64,000 nucleotides of DNA from Antedon mediterranea (Eukaryota > Animalia > Echinodermata), in the NCBI RefSeq assembly GCF_964355755.1, contig NC_092671.1, forward strand, positions 1,860,001 through 1,924,000. The letters run 5' to 3'. Position numbers and translations under genes: made by a program. The notes under the pieces are model-generated. The model ran no database searches. It was not told the origin of the DNA and worked only from the letters and a program-made list of their open reading frames with translations. This document shows positions 38,801 to 52,155 of the stretch, one piece after another (the stretch's first letter is position 1; every line of letters starts with the position of its first letter).

Positions 38801-41800
38801 AACAATATTAATAGGTTGAATAAAAAAGAAAAGACTAAATAGTATTTAACATATAGTCAACTAAAATGAATTGAAACCCGATTGTCAATAACAAGTGTAG
38901 CCAATGGTAAAATAATTACTATATATTCGTAGTCGAAAGATAAAATACCTTGTACGTTTCTCACTCCTTCAACTGTAACATCATTTAACTTGCGTCTTCG
39001 GAGTTCTTTGCGAACTTCAAGCACCTGAAATTGTTTTGTTAAATTGTACGTTAAATTGTTTTTATTTTCAGCCATCTGTACTTGAAGGTCAGTGAATCTT
39101 ACGTATTATGCGAAATGATTGGTATTTACTTACCTGAGAATTATATGGTGTAACAACACCAATATCTCTCTTCTCTCCCCATTCTGGTGGCCAGTTGCGA
39201 TAAAGATTTTCAACTCTGAATCCAAGTTCTACTACTTCATCCCTATTACAATATGATGTTCCTACGAGATGATCTTTCCCCCGGACAGCGTAAAATGATA
39301 ACGGGTGAATAGTGGGGTGAATTGGATGCAATTTTTTAGAGATTAGTTTGGTTTTGTAAAATATATCAGATACAAACGATAAAATCTCTTCACAGGTTCT
39401 GTAGTTGTAATACAGAAATATAGTATTTTCGTCCTTTGCTTTCTTGTAATGATCATGTAGGCGCTTAAGAATAGATTGATCAAATCCACCGATGCGTGCC
39501 TCCTTAGAATAAACCTATTAGAAAAAACAATACCGTTTTTATCATTAGTCACATTTGCTATTTAGATAACTGAGGAAAGATAATGATCGTACGTGTAGTG
39601 AACAATGCAGTTTGCAATTTTTTATTGAATGTTTGCGAAAAAAACACATTTTTTTACATGGGCTTTTCGAAATATATGCTGTGAATTTTGTGATTTACTA
39701 CTACACTAATAGGATTTTTTGGACATTTCTTGCTTGCCAAAGAAGCAGACAAGGAGAAGATACAAAATGCATTCAAAGTACCATTTGGAAAACAACTTTA
39801 ATTAGTATATTACAGTATATTACGTAGTAATATATTTAAAAGAATACCTATTACCTTTGGACTCATTTGAATATGATCACCAGCAATTGCTACACATGTC
39901 TTCCACTCTGCCATTGCTAACGGCATGATTGCTTGAGTCTCTAATGCCTGACCTGCCTCATCAATTAGTATGTGTGTAAAATGACCTTTCAAGTTCAGAG
40001 ATACTAATCTTAATGCCATATTAAGGGTACAGATGACAACCCGAGATCTCTTCACATCATCTCTGGTTGGTAGATTGATTGTGTTAGTGGCTTTGTCAAC
40101 CAGACAATACTTCCTAACATCTGGATGTATGGTCGCAATACGTCGTTCAGGTTGGTACACGCGAAGCAGTGTTGGTTTGGGACGTTTTTTATAAGTTTTT
40201 TTTTTGGTAGGCCTTTGGTGTTGGTAAGTTTTGAGATATTCATCTAAATGTTCAATAATGTACAGATCTGCCCCACTAAGTAAGAAAATAAAAAGCAGTG
40301 TCATATTAGCTGTTATAAATTACATATTATATTTACAGTACTTTTTTCTTCCCAGATTTAGTCATCTCTTTCTCCCAAACAATAAAGAAAATAAATATCA
40401 GTAATTAAGTTTGAGATTTTCTTCTTCTTAAACATCTTCATCAGACTAATGCTAATGTCAGTAGGCCTACTTTCATATACATTACAAACCTATTTGACAT
40501 GGTGCAAATCAAAACCGTTGTACCATGTTTAAGAAGGATCTTCTTTACAGACTCTGCCATGGTTCGTGTTTTTCCTGTACCAAACGGTCCATATATCACC
40601 AATGGTGGCCCGTTGACTGTCGTAGTTCCTGCCTTATGCATATATTCTACTGCTTGATGTTGTTTCTTGTTAAGGTTCTCCGTACTACAAACAACCGGAA
40701 TTGCCAGTTCATTTCCGGGTACTGGAAACACAAAATCCATGTTTTCCAAGCTATCAACAGCGTAGTGCATTTCACAGAAAAGTAAGCGGTCAACCTGGAA
40801 CTGAACTTCGATTTGCTCTTTCTTGCCGGCTTCCAGTTTTAATTTGTCTACCAATGTTGCGTTCAGATTTACGTAGATGTAATCTTTTGTGCCACCACCA
40901 ATTCTTTCATTGGATACGAGTTTTAGTTCGTAAGCTTCATTTGATTCTGAATCAAATTTGCACAATACATTTTGTACAGACTCTATGATTAGCAGACTTG
41001 ATTCAGTATCACAGTTTAGAGTTTCTGTTAATTCTATTTTACCAAAGAGTTCATCATTTTGAGCAATGAACAGTTCGCTACCAGCATAGGATTCAACTGT
41101 GATATTATTTTCAATTTCCATCTCTGTTGTTGTGTTAAACCTAAAATTTGATTATTGAAAAGTGCATTCGTTAAGATAATACGCCTATATCATACGTTAA
41201 GGAGAAGTTAGACAAAGGGTTAGGTTCAGAAACAATAGAACACACCGTTAGGGATAAGTTTTTAACAACAAATTTATTTCCTAATCCTAGAGATGTATAT
41301 AAATGATTTCATATTTACTCTTACTTTTTATAGACTTTTAATAATTTAATGCACATGTTTATAGTAATAGAATATAAAAATATATCAATAATATACCTGC
41401 TGATCTTTGTCATCCTATCTCTTTCCTCCAAATTCACCAATTTGTGCATCCTATGTTTGTAATTCTCCTGAGTTAGCTCGCCTACATTTAAATCATCAAT
41501 ATTTAGATTTGCACTTGGTGGCTTGTATTTCTTGAAGAGGTCTTCTTCAAGGGGGCTTGGTTCAGTTGGTCGGATTATCTCTGTATTACTTGTGTCCCAA
41601 ATATATGTGGACTGGCTCAACTGCTTCATGTATTTAGGACGATCTTCTTCTGCACCAACATGAACATTAAGTTTTCGAACCATAACTGGCTTCTTCCCAA
41701 AATCAAAGACAACCCACTGATGGAAACTTCCAAGCATGTTGCTGGTGAAATGTACATTTACGGTATATGTATATCCAGTCTTGATCATATTTCCAGGGCA

Positions 41801-44800
41801 CACCTGGGGTTTATCTTCATGTCTTGGTTGTGACAAGTAAAAGTGCAAACGATGTTCATCATAAAGTAAACCAACACGTTTTAGTCTTTCTTCCTAAATA
41901 ATGATAATAATTAGATTATTACAACAGTTGCGCTTGTTAATACAGTATAGTATTACAGCCCATACCAAATAATCAAATCATAATAGCCCCGTCACTTAAA
42001 TTGATTTCTTCAATATTTCTTGCCACAATAAAACCATGGGCCCCGAAATTTGAACACCCAGCCATGTTATTCGTGCTTATGTGTTTGTTAATTTGTTTTA
42101 CATATAGGCCTATATCAAGCGTTTGCTACTGCAGTATCATTACTAGAAATTGAAACGTAATATTTTTTAAACCTTCACTTACTCCATCAATACACTCCAC
42201 TTGGAATGTCCAACAATCTTTGAATACTTTGTCACACTCTCTGTCAATGGCATCGATAAAACAATTCAATTTCTTCTCACAATTAATCCAAATTTTGGGC
42301 AATTCCTTCTCAGTTATCTAAAAGTATAAATTTTGTTGTTAATAAATGTTAACAATTATGAATAGGGTGTTTGAACACAATTATCGTAGGATCTGTATAT
42401 ATAATATGTCTGCTCTTTTCTCTGCCAAAATAGATTTAATTTAGTTGTCTACTTTTCTTACCACTTTAACCTCAGATGTTGATGAGTTGTATTCAATCAA
42501 AAGTTGATCCATGAATGAGAAGAGTTTGCTCTCGTTAGCTTTTCGTCTTTTCATCATTCGATATTGATGTCTTTCTTTCCATTCTTCCAATTCTTCTTGA
42601 GTGTGTGCTAGTGTGCAGTGGTTGTTAGCTGGGTCCACATTCGAGTAGGGGCAATTATTCTCTTTGTGTCTTACAGTAGAATAATAATAAAATAAATCAT
42701 TATCATTGTTATTTGACCTCTGAAAAAAAGGTTCTGTTTTATTTTCTAACAAATATTAGTCCTTAAAATGTTATGGAAGGCAATTAATTGGTGTTTTTTC
42801 TGGATCCGCGTACTAGTAGAGGGAAGTAAATTAATAGGACTATTCCATTCTTAAGGCGAATTTACACAGACGAGCGGTAAAGATAAGCGGAAAACGCAAA
42901 AAATAGAATCTGAATATGACCTTTTACACAGAACGCGAGCGGACGGGCGGGTGACCGGAAATCCGCTCAGGATATAAACAGATTCGATTTTGTGAAAATA
43001 GCGCGCGATAATTATGGATTCTTGCCAACCAACGACATGATTGAAATGACGTCATCTATCAACAACTTTTTTACGCGACTCCGTCGAGTCAAAGACGACA
43101 ATAAATACGAGTGCCGTTGTAGGCCTAGTTTTGGAACTTGTTATTATTCAGAAATACAGGTAGTGAAAAGAAAATATGCATTTAGGACGTTATTAGGCAA
43201 CAAGTCCCTCTAAAACCTAGGCCTGTGTGTGCTAGGCCTATTGACAGTCAGTCACATCCAGGCCAGCAGTAACTGTAACATGCATTAGCCTCGAGGCCTA
43301 CAGGCACTTAATTTATATCACTCCGCTCGCGAATTCCGCGCGCTGTGTAAATGGGACAAGCCACGCGGATTTCCGCTTACAATTACCGCTTACCGTTACC
43401 GCTTGTCTGTGTAAATTGGCCTTTACTTAATATATCTCCTATTTTCATACCTGTCACACATAACGTACTCGCCGTTGACAACATTAAGTGGCGGACTTCT
43501 GTGATTCCAGCTTCTTTCAGTGTCGGAGTTAACACAACGTTTGTGTTTCAAAGTGCTGATATGGAAGTCAAGCGTTTGCGTGGAATCAAAATCCATCTTA
43601 CAGTAAGTACAATGGTAATTTACAGTTTCATGCTCAGTGAAAACCTTTGGATCTTCTTTTGTTTTTTCGTTATTAGCTGACAAATTCTGACTTTCAAAAA
43701 TCTCATCCAAGCTTTTCACTGAAAGAAAAGTTATATTTAAGAAATATGCAATATTTTATGTTATTATTTTTGAAATAGCGAACATGGTGCATAGAATCAA
43801 CCAAAAAATGGACTAGAGCTTTGTACTTACATTTGTGTTTTTCCATAAATATCCAAATTTGGATTTCTTCTTCTGAATGACAATACATGCATTGCTTTCC
43901 TTGTCTATCTGCATAACTACATTTCGATTTGTTCTTACACATTACAGGTTTAATATTAGGTCTAAGATTTGGATGTCTGTCGTTTACTTTAATCCATTTT
44001 CTACCACCAGAAAACACAAGACATATCTTTTCTTTCCATAAATGTCCAGCTTCACACTTTGTTGTGTCTTTGCGATGTTGTCCTCGTTGCTGTCCTCCAC
44101 GGCTCCAGCATGTTCCGCATACTAATTTTAAGTTGAATGGGCATTTTGCTTCTTGCTTAGTTGCCGGTATGTCCAGTGAGCTGACTGATTTTTCAGATCG
44201 AGTGGGTGCCGCCATAGATCCACAAAACTTCACAAGAGAATCTCTATCAACAACATTCCTTTGTTCTAATTTCCAAATTTCAAGTTCTATGAAATCATGG
44301 GCAAAATTACAGATGTCGCCTCTCTCACAGCCGTATGATCTGACATAGTGTCTACACTGATTTGCCACGTTGTTAGGAAGCTTAAGTCTTATTGTAGATC
44401 GTATGATTCTTCCATTTTCTTGTACTTCGTGTGCCAATATTTTATAGGTCGACCACTGATGCTTCTGCAAGGGGTGTCCACAAAACTTTAGATTGTTTCT
44501 GTTTTGGAAAGTTATACAAGGAGGTCTCAAATAGCGGCATTGCTGACATATGTAAGTAAAACGACCTTTAACCTTTTCAAGAAGAGCACTGAACAATGCA
44601 GACTGTTGCTTTGCTGCTTTCAGCTGTTGATTTTCAGACTGAGGAAATTTGTTTTTAACTGGAAAGGGAGGTCTATGTATTGGAAGTGAACTTAAAGGAG
44701 CCTGGTAATTAAGCACATTTGAAGAATTTTCAAATGATGTGCCAACAGGACTTTCTGTTTGTTGCCAAGGAACATTACCAGGCTGTGGATGTGTAAGTGC

Positions 44801-47800
44801 CGATATTATATTTACGTTTCCAGAGATTAGTCGCGGATGTAAACTGGGTAAAATGGCAATTGGCCTTGGTGGGTTAAATTGCGGGACAGCAGGTACCACA
44901 GGTAGTGATTGGTGATGTTGGGGTGTCATCTTCACGTTTCTAGGCACGTTTGGACCTAGAAAACAGGATTTCAATCCAGGCGTATTTGACTTCAAGTGGA
45001 GTATAACGTTGTTGCGATCGAAGGTTCCTTGCCGTTCTGCATTCCAAACCACTTTTTCTTCGTCGGTATGTGGGAATGAACAATTCTGAACCTTACATGG
45101 CTTATCCGCTTGATAGCTGTGACATAGCTTGTATTCACCGTTAAAGTTTGTCTGAACACGTTCACGAATTTGGCACCAAACGTTGCGTTTGAACGCTTTG
45201 GTTGCCGCCGTATCTGGGCAAATTAAAATGTCCTTTAAACAGTTATGATTTCTCAACTTGCAGTTATAATAATAGCCACTTCGTCCATAATAAGCAGTTC
45301 TTGTAAAGCAGTTTCGGCAGGCTAATATAAGATTTAAAGCTTCTACCGATTCTGTTACGATCTTCTTGTTGTTGAATTTTGAATTATTTTTTGATTCGCC
45401 AAAGTGTTCTTTAATAAAAAGAAAGAAAATATTCAAATTAAAAATAAAGTACAGGTTTTGTCGGGCTTGACTGTATGACTGATTTATGTATACAACTAGA
45501 CCTATAACAGTTGTTCTTACCTCCAATTTGTGGTGTTCTACTAAGATCCAGGCTACCAGACTAAAGTAAAAATATAATTATTATGTTTATAAATTTACTT
45601 TTTAAGTAGTAACTTGCTTTAATCTTAATTAATTCTTCTTTTGTGATACAGTCCAACGGATAAACTGCTGTTAATTGTGCTTGCCTTAGAGGTTACTGTT
45701 TCGACTCCCGTCTGGCATTTTTTCACACAAATATATTGTATACATTGAAAGCTTCCATTGGCGTAACCCATGAAAGCATACGCTACAAGGTGTAATTAAT
45801 TCAATTAATTAATAAGACAATAAACATTTAAACTGGAATTCTGCTAGTAGTTAGGTGTGGCTGGTGGGTTGTTTTTATCTGTTTTGTCTTGGTTTCTTAA
45901 CTTTGTAACTGTTTGATACTGGTGGGCCCTTTGGGAGATCAGTCTTCGGCTGAAGGGGTAGTATTAGAACAAATAAGTAAAATAATAATCATAATTTTGC
46001 TATAGTTACCGTATTTCTTCGCCGTCTTGTTGGTGCAAACCATTCTTCAGAATTATTATTATTCAAGTAGTCTTCCTTGTCAATTCTGCAACCTTGTGAT
46101 GAACGGCCTCTGTCTACATGTTGATCTTAAAAAGTAAGACACGTTATAAATTTCGTCTATAAGAGTGATAAGTGTATGCGTACACGACAATAAACTTCTT
46201 TATGATATTGATAAAATTGAACAATTGCTCAGAGTGTTAGTCCCCTGAATGTACAAACTAATTGATCTATTCCGGGATTATTTTCCGTCTCCAGTTCATG
46301 TTTTAAACAAAAATCTGTATTTGTTTTCGAGTCGTTATCTCCTGTTTATACTATTTTTTTGATTTGGATTTTAAATAATATACCTGCAGATGGCAACGTT
46401 CTGTTGGAAGATTGTGCAAATTCTGAATCAGATATTTCATTTGCTACACTCGTATCCGAATCTGAATCACTCTGACGTTCTGTTGCGCTGTGGTGACCAT
46501 TAGTTAAGTCTAGGCCTATAATGTAAAGCAATGCAATGTTCTAAATGCACATAATTTTTTGAACAAATTCAGCTTAGATCTATCATTGATTATAGTACTT
46601 ACGTGATTTTGTTTTGTCCAAATTTGTAGACATGTTTTGCTTCTTTGACTTTTTAATAAATGGTGCAGCAGTGGGTGTCCTTTGATGGATCTATTATAGA
46701 ACACAAAATAGTGGAAATGTCACTACGAACGAGGAGGTGAGCTTTATCAATTTACGGCGCATTCAGATTGATACACTTCGAAATCCTCTAGTGGCTTCAA
46801 AGGCTGATTTGACCATTTTGAAGATGTATTGTCCCCACAAGAATGAACAATGAAGATAAATAAAATCAGACGTTGGATAGAAGACCATTTTACAGTTTCA
46901 ATAAAGTTCACTTCCGTAGAAACCAAACACGAACACAAATAATGATTTTAACCAAACCCCATTGTTTTCTAACAGAAAAAGGGTTTCCGGTTAAAATGAC
47001 TGATTCAACAAAAGATATTTTTTTCAGGTTTTTAATGTGTTTATACTCCTATCAAGAAAACTTTTGACTGTCTTGAAGAGGGGAGCGCGCGATCTTCTTA
47101 TTACCTTTAAAGAACCTAGTACATCTTTCGAGACGAGTAGGGGGTTACCCCGGTGTATTAATACATCGCAGCCACTGATCACCAACTGGGCCCTCTGGGA
47201 GACCAGTCTTTGACTGAAGAGGTTACCCAGTATAAATATATATTTCAATCAATCAAACCTTGATATTTCTTGAATTATATCATATTCTTAAAATAATGCA
47301 TTTACAAAGTCACCGCCGTCTTTTCATTTTTTATTAAATAAACTTTAATTGACTTGTACCTTATTGAATTTTGGTTTGGCTCCTTGACTGTTCCAAAATC
47401 CTGAAGGATCATCGTCAGTAAACATGAAACCAACTTCTTTCAGCTTTTCAATAAGTTCCACGATTCGTGATTTTTGTTTTCGTTGCTAATAAGTAATATA
47501 AATACATTATATTACGCATTTGTCGCAAAATAAAGCATACAAATCTACCAATAATGTATATTTTACGTGAACCTTTTATGAGAGCAATTAACGCTCAAAT
47601 CATAACAATATAGGCTACATCGTTATAGGCCTATCAATTATAAAAACTAGAAAGAAATTATTAAAAAAAATCCTGATACAAGTAGAAAGATAACATACCT
47701 GTGGCTTGAAGTAACTCAATGTTTTCAGGCATTCTTGATATTGGTATGTAGCATACAATGCCACTGCTTTGTCTACTCTCACATGGTTGTATGAAGGTTC

Positions 47801-49820
47801 ATGTAACAGAACTAAAGTTAATAAAATAACTTATATCAATGGATTATTGAAATGCATGTGCGCACACGTACAAACAGCCGGTCTTTCAACAAGTTTGATG
47901 ATCTTTATAAACAATTTAATTTAGAGTAAGGGTGATATCCAATTAAATTAATAAATACCTTTATCACACCTGACAAGTACTTCAACATAACGTTCCTTTA
48001 AAAAATTAAAAACATACATATTATTATGTTAAATATACAGAATTAATCAATTGTCAAAGCACTGTATATACCATCTAAATCTTCCACAAACCAATTGTAA
48101 ATTAATTTACTATAGTTGCCTTGTGTTTGGAGATGCATAAAACGCAAGAAAAAATATCTTATAAGAAACATTAAAATTATTCACTTAAGCCATATTATTA
48201 TAAGTTGTTACCAGTTTCAGAAGTATTTGTATTTGTTGAAAGAACAGTGGTTTGTCATCATTAAACCGTAGGTCCTCGCCCGAGTTCAGTAGTAGTCTGC
48301 TGAGTTTAAGTGCTTCATCAAAATGAGTGTATGAATTTACATATTGGCCATCTTTATATTCATTATCCGCCTCCTCTATGATGTCACGTCTGAGCTTCCG
48401 TACAAACTTCAAACGCTATAATTTAAGAATCACTGATCAGATTTATTACGGTACCTTTAATATACGGACTAAATATAATTATCTTTATATATTAAATAAT
48501 CAGGCTAAATACAAAACATTCATGTTATTTAACCTTAAATTAATTATTTTAAAGATATTGATGCCTCCTGGATAGACAGACCTACTAACCTCTTTAAAGC
48601 TTTGTGTGGGTAAATCTTGGATTCTAAAAAATAGAAAAAAATTGTCAATAAGGTAAATATTTCTATAAATAAATTCCATAAGTATCAAATCAAACCATAG
48701 ATTAGAGCCACAAGAAACATTGTTAGAAATTACGTCTACTTTTGTTAAATGTGCTTGGTTGCTTGCTACAAGTGCCAATGTTTATTTATTTGACGTTTCT
48801 TAGAGCTTAGCCCTCTTCATTTTTAAAATTTAGTATCTTTGTTTAATTATTTTTTAGACTTTTATTGTTCCATTTTGGAAGAAATGTATTGATTTGATTT
48901 GAAATATTTATAGTGTCATTATTCTGTTACAATAAGTATAATATACCCGTAGATTTTTACAACTATTCTAATATTATATCAATAGCTAGTAAAAAAATAA
49001 TTGTCCAGACATATTATGTATATCTTCATATCTTGTTAAACTTCAAACAAATTATTAAATTTCTGGAAATAATTTTTTTTCTTCATAAAATTGATTATTA
49101 TTGATTAATACGAGAATTTCCAAATTCATAGCAGTCCGCATTTTGTTATAACTTCCTAGTAATATGGGAATTTCTAAATTCATCATCAAAGGAGTACCAC
49201 CCCGTGTCAGATCACAATAATAGTAATAATAAATACGTTGTGTAAATTCTTTAACAAAAAGAGTGCAAGTCATGGAGCGCAATAGGCCTAATTGTAATTT
49301 TGTTGTAATTGTTAATTTGATTGATTGATTGATTGAATTTATTTGATGCTCAACATTAAAATTACATACAGACAAAAGACAAAATAATGAGCATCAGGAA
49401 CACCCATTTAGGCCGGAAAAAACAGCCCATTTCCAATGGGGTCCAAATTGCACATAATAAACAATAAAAAATACAAAATTTATAAAAAAAATACATATAT
49501 ATGTATATATATATACCTTAAAAGTAAAGCCCACAGAAAAAAAAAAAAACAGAAAAATATAAAGAGATAGTAAACAAGTAATGAGTAAGATTGCTGATCG
49601 TTGTCAAGACTATTATATAGTTGCAATTAATTGATAAACGGTTAGAGCTACTATGAAGACATTTATGGGGAAAAGCTCATTTTTATATGCCAGGATCGGA
49701 CTGTGAGACAACAGCATTTGTCATAAGCCTTTTAACATAAGAGAAATAATATTAAATAACTCACCTAAGCTGGTGCAACCGCTCAGAAATGGTCCGCTGA
49801 CGATCGCGTCGAGCTGTCAT
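29887..49820 (-). CDS. HELZ2: HELZ2-like RNA helicase/RNB 3'-5' exoribonuclease, tandem copy B (complete, about 31 coding exons)
   Basis: Exon 1 49820-49765 (MTARRDRQRTISERLHQL). Further exons approx. 48623-48590, 48416-48213, 47995-47960, 47812-47699, 47486-47361, 46692-46603, 46514-46385, 46125-46011, 45580-45522, 45410-43829, 43719-43452, 42670-42462, 42317-42174, 41893-41397, 41140-40490 (GPFGTGKT), 40276-39855 (DEAGQ), 39514-39134, 39025-38949, 38793-35081 (RNB), 34772-34503, 34017-33921, 33683-33538 and 33081-32943 (QGPPGTGKS), 32719-32427, 32198-32001 (IIDEAG), 31903-31801, 31579-31352, 30990-30837, 30546-30379 (NVALTRAK), 29987-29887 (...KASDFKP*). Confidence 0.92.
35081..38793 (-). 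CDS. HELZ2: Giant exon of HELZ2-like copy B (helicase 1 C-terminus plus RNB domain)
   Basis: 1246-aa ORF paralogous to 46..3855, with IDPKGCQDIDDAIS and HFTSPIRRY intact. Confidence 0.93.
42854..43422. mobile_element. PIF/Harbinger-type MITE
   Basis: TTA|AGGCGAATTTACACAGACGAGCGGTAA...TTACCGCTTGTCTGTGTAAATTGGCCT|TTA: imperfect TIR of about 27 bp with TTA TSD. Absent from the matching copy A intron. Confidence 0.82.
47106..47257 (+). mobile_element. 5'-truncated Deu/Nin-domain SINE with (TCAA)n tail
   Basis: TTTAAAGAACCTAGTACATCTTTCGAGACGAGTAGGGGGTTACCCCGGTGT matches the SINE at 13545-13889. Tail GGGCCCTCTGGGAGACCAGTCTTTGACTGAAGAGG resembles 45925-45960. Confidence 0.65.
49316..49450 (-). mobile_element. 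3' end of a non-LTR retroelement (stem-loop, AATAAA, (TCAA)n tail)
   Basis: The minus strand reads GGACCCC...GGGTGTTCC, then AAATAAATTCAATCAATCAATCAATC. Confidence 0.45.
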
Positions 49821-49982
49821 TGTCTGTAGACCTATAACATCATATCTATATCATCAGTCATCCCAGACTCAATTAACCAACGCACATAGTCACAATTTAT
49901 ATACAAGAACTATAAATAGAAACGGAGGTTTCTATTGTGTTTTGTATTATCTTAATCAAAATCGTAACGATTTTTCTTGTTT

Positions 49983-49992
49983 GGGAATTTCC
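49983..49992. promoter_or_regulatory. NF-kB (kappaB) consensus site upstream of copy B
   Basis: TGGGAATTTCCAGAT is identical to the copy A site and lies 163 bp upstream of the ATG. Confidence 0.62.
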
Positions 49993-50479
49993 AGATATCT
50001 ACCTTGTTTATTGAATATTTATGAGAAATCATATGCTTAATTCGTTTCTAAGAAATATATTAATACGGTTATTGTGCCTATAAATAACACGTATGTATTC
50101 TATTACAGTAGGCCTATCAATTATTACATAATTATTATATAAAATCATATAATCAAGTAGAGTGAATTCTCACTTTTTCGAGGTTTGAAGGAATGGCCTA
50201 AGCATTAATGACAGGTTGTGTAGGCCTACTATAATAATTTATTATTATTGTGATTTTATATATGTCGCTATGCTTTGAGTTAACAGAGGAAACAACCTGA
50301 TGCTCGAGAGGATAACACGGAAAAAACAACCTTGATAACGGTTGTATTTCTTTCACATCTTTTAACAATTTAGGATATCATTTAAAAAAAAAACATTTAA
50401 TTTGACAATGGACGATCAACTCAGCTTACTCAATATTGCCCTTGCCTTTAGTAATAGTACCGATAGTCTCGATAATTTA

Positions 50480-51284
50480 AAACAAGGCCAACAGCAATTA
50501 AGTCGCGTGCTACAATGCATAGTGATACCGGACCGACAGACAGACCGACAGACCGACAGACAGACCGACAGAAAGACCGACAGACAGACAGACCGACCGA
50601 CCGACATAGTGAACTATACTGACCGAAATTACTGAACATGTTTAAAAATGTTGAAATGTTTGAAAACATATATTTGTTAAATTTACACGTGCTTAGCCTG
50701 TCACTTTTGACGTGCTCGTATAACGTAATTTCGAGTTGAAAAGTAAGTCAAGAAAACAGAAATCGGGCAAAAAGGGTGCGCAATAACATTTAACGCGCAG
50801 TGCGCGCGCAAAAATATGCGCACTCATGGCAATTTTGTAAACGCTTAAAATTGCCTGAAACGTACTCTTATTTCATTGAAAATAAATTTTAAAAATTTTA
50901 AGCGCGCGTACGCATGCGTTACATGCGCTACGCACGTAATTGTATTGCCATATGATGATTTATGCCCTGAAATTTATGAGTACCAAATTTTATTTAATTG
51001 TGATTCATGGTTGTGAAGATATGATTACAAACGTGATTTCGTTAAATCGTGCGTAGACCGCGTAATTTTTTATTGCGCACCGTGAAAACATAACCACATT
51101 GATTCCTGGCCATAAGGAATATACTGTGAAAAATTGACCTAGCTAGATTAAACTGATATCAAGATAAGGTCAGAAAGCGATAAAACGCATAGTGATACCG
51201 GACCGACAGACAGACAGACAGACAGACAGACCGACCAACCGACAACATAGTGAACTATAGAGTCGCTTCCACGCGACTAAAAAT
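50480..51284 (-). mobile_element. Helentron-associated / DINE-1-like non-autonomous element
   Basis: Minus strand begins TTTTTAGTCGCGTGGAAGCGACTC (subTIR plus hairpin), then (GTCT/GTCG)n tracts at 51200-51243 and 50530-50604 within a duplicated core. Inverted subTIR AGTCGCGTG at 50501-50509. Confidence 0.7.
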
Positions 51285-51469
51285 TGAAATCTTTTAAATG
51301 CTCCCTTCTCCTTCCCTGACAAATGTAGGCCTAAATGACATAATTACTAATCAGAGAGAGATTTTTATAATGATCATTGTGCTTCTTGTATTTTGTATGT
51401 ATTATTCAACGTATTTATGAATATTTGTATACCACACCAAATAAATTTCCCAGTTGGATAATAAAGTTT

Positions 51470-52155
51470 ACTAATTTGTTTAAACGAATTAGTAATCCGT
51501 TCAAACCAATTGCAACATATACAACAAGTGCCATTTAAAGAATATGTTGTAATTCGTTTGAACGGATTACTAATCTGTTCAAACGAATTACTAATTTGTT
51601 TAAACAGATTAATAATCTGTTAAAACGAATTAGGCATCCGTTCAAACGGATTAGTAATTTGTTTAAACGGATTACTAATTTGTTCAAACGAATTACTAAT
51701 TCGTTCTAACGAATTAGTAATCCGTTTGAACAAATTATTAATTTGTTTAAACAAATTAATAATTTGTTTAAACGGATTACTAATTCGTTCAAACGAATTA
51801 CTAATTTGTTCAAACAGATTAATAATCCGTTTAAACAAATTATTAATTCGTTTAAACGGATTACTAATTCGTTTGAATGAATTAGTAATTCGTTTGAACG
51901 GATTACTAATCCGTTTAAACAAATTAGTAATTCGTTTGAACGAATTAGTAATCCGTTTAAACAAATTAGTAATTCGTTTGAACGAATTAGTAATCCGTTT
52001 AAACAAATTAGTAATTCGTTTGAACGGATTAGTAATCCGTTTGAACAAATTAGTAATCCGTTTAAACAAATTAGTAATTAACAGATTATTAATCCGTTCA
52101 AACGAATTATTAATCCGTTCAAACGAATTACTAATTCGTTATAACGGATTACGTT
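51470..52155. repeat. 21-bp minisatellite array (AATTAGTAATCCGTTTAAACA-like, about 30 units, partly self-complementary)
   Basis: Directly visible. It generates the spurious 7-aa repeat ORFs at 51620-52069 and 51726-52184. GCCATTTAAAG (51530) and CTTAAAATGGC (52169) form an imperfect inverted pair. Confidence 0.9.

Noticed and set aside
39343-39552. Apparent frameshift between ORFs 39343-39552 and 39089-39331
   Set aside because: Reading from the acceptor at 39514 gives one continuous frame (VYSKEARIGGFDQSILKRL...LHPIHP), so copy B is not disrupted here.
47200-47230. Fourth hammerhead (CTGAAGA)
   Set aside because: There is no helix II or GAAA core downstream. It is part of a SINE/LINE tail stem-loop.
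51470-52155. Possible CRISPR-like array
   Set aside because: Units are contiguous with no unique spacers, the context is eukaryotic, and there are no cas genes.
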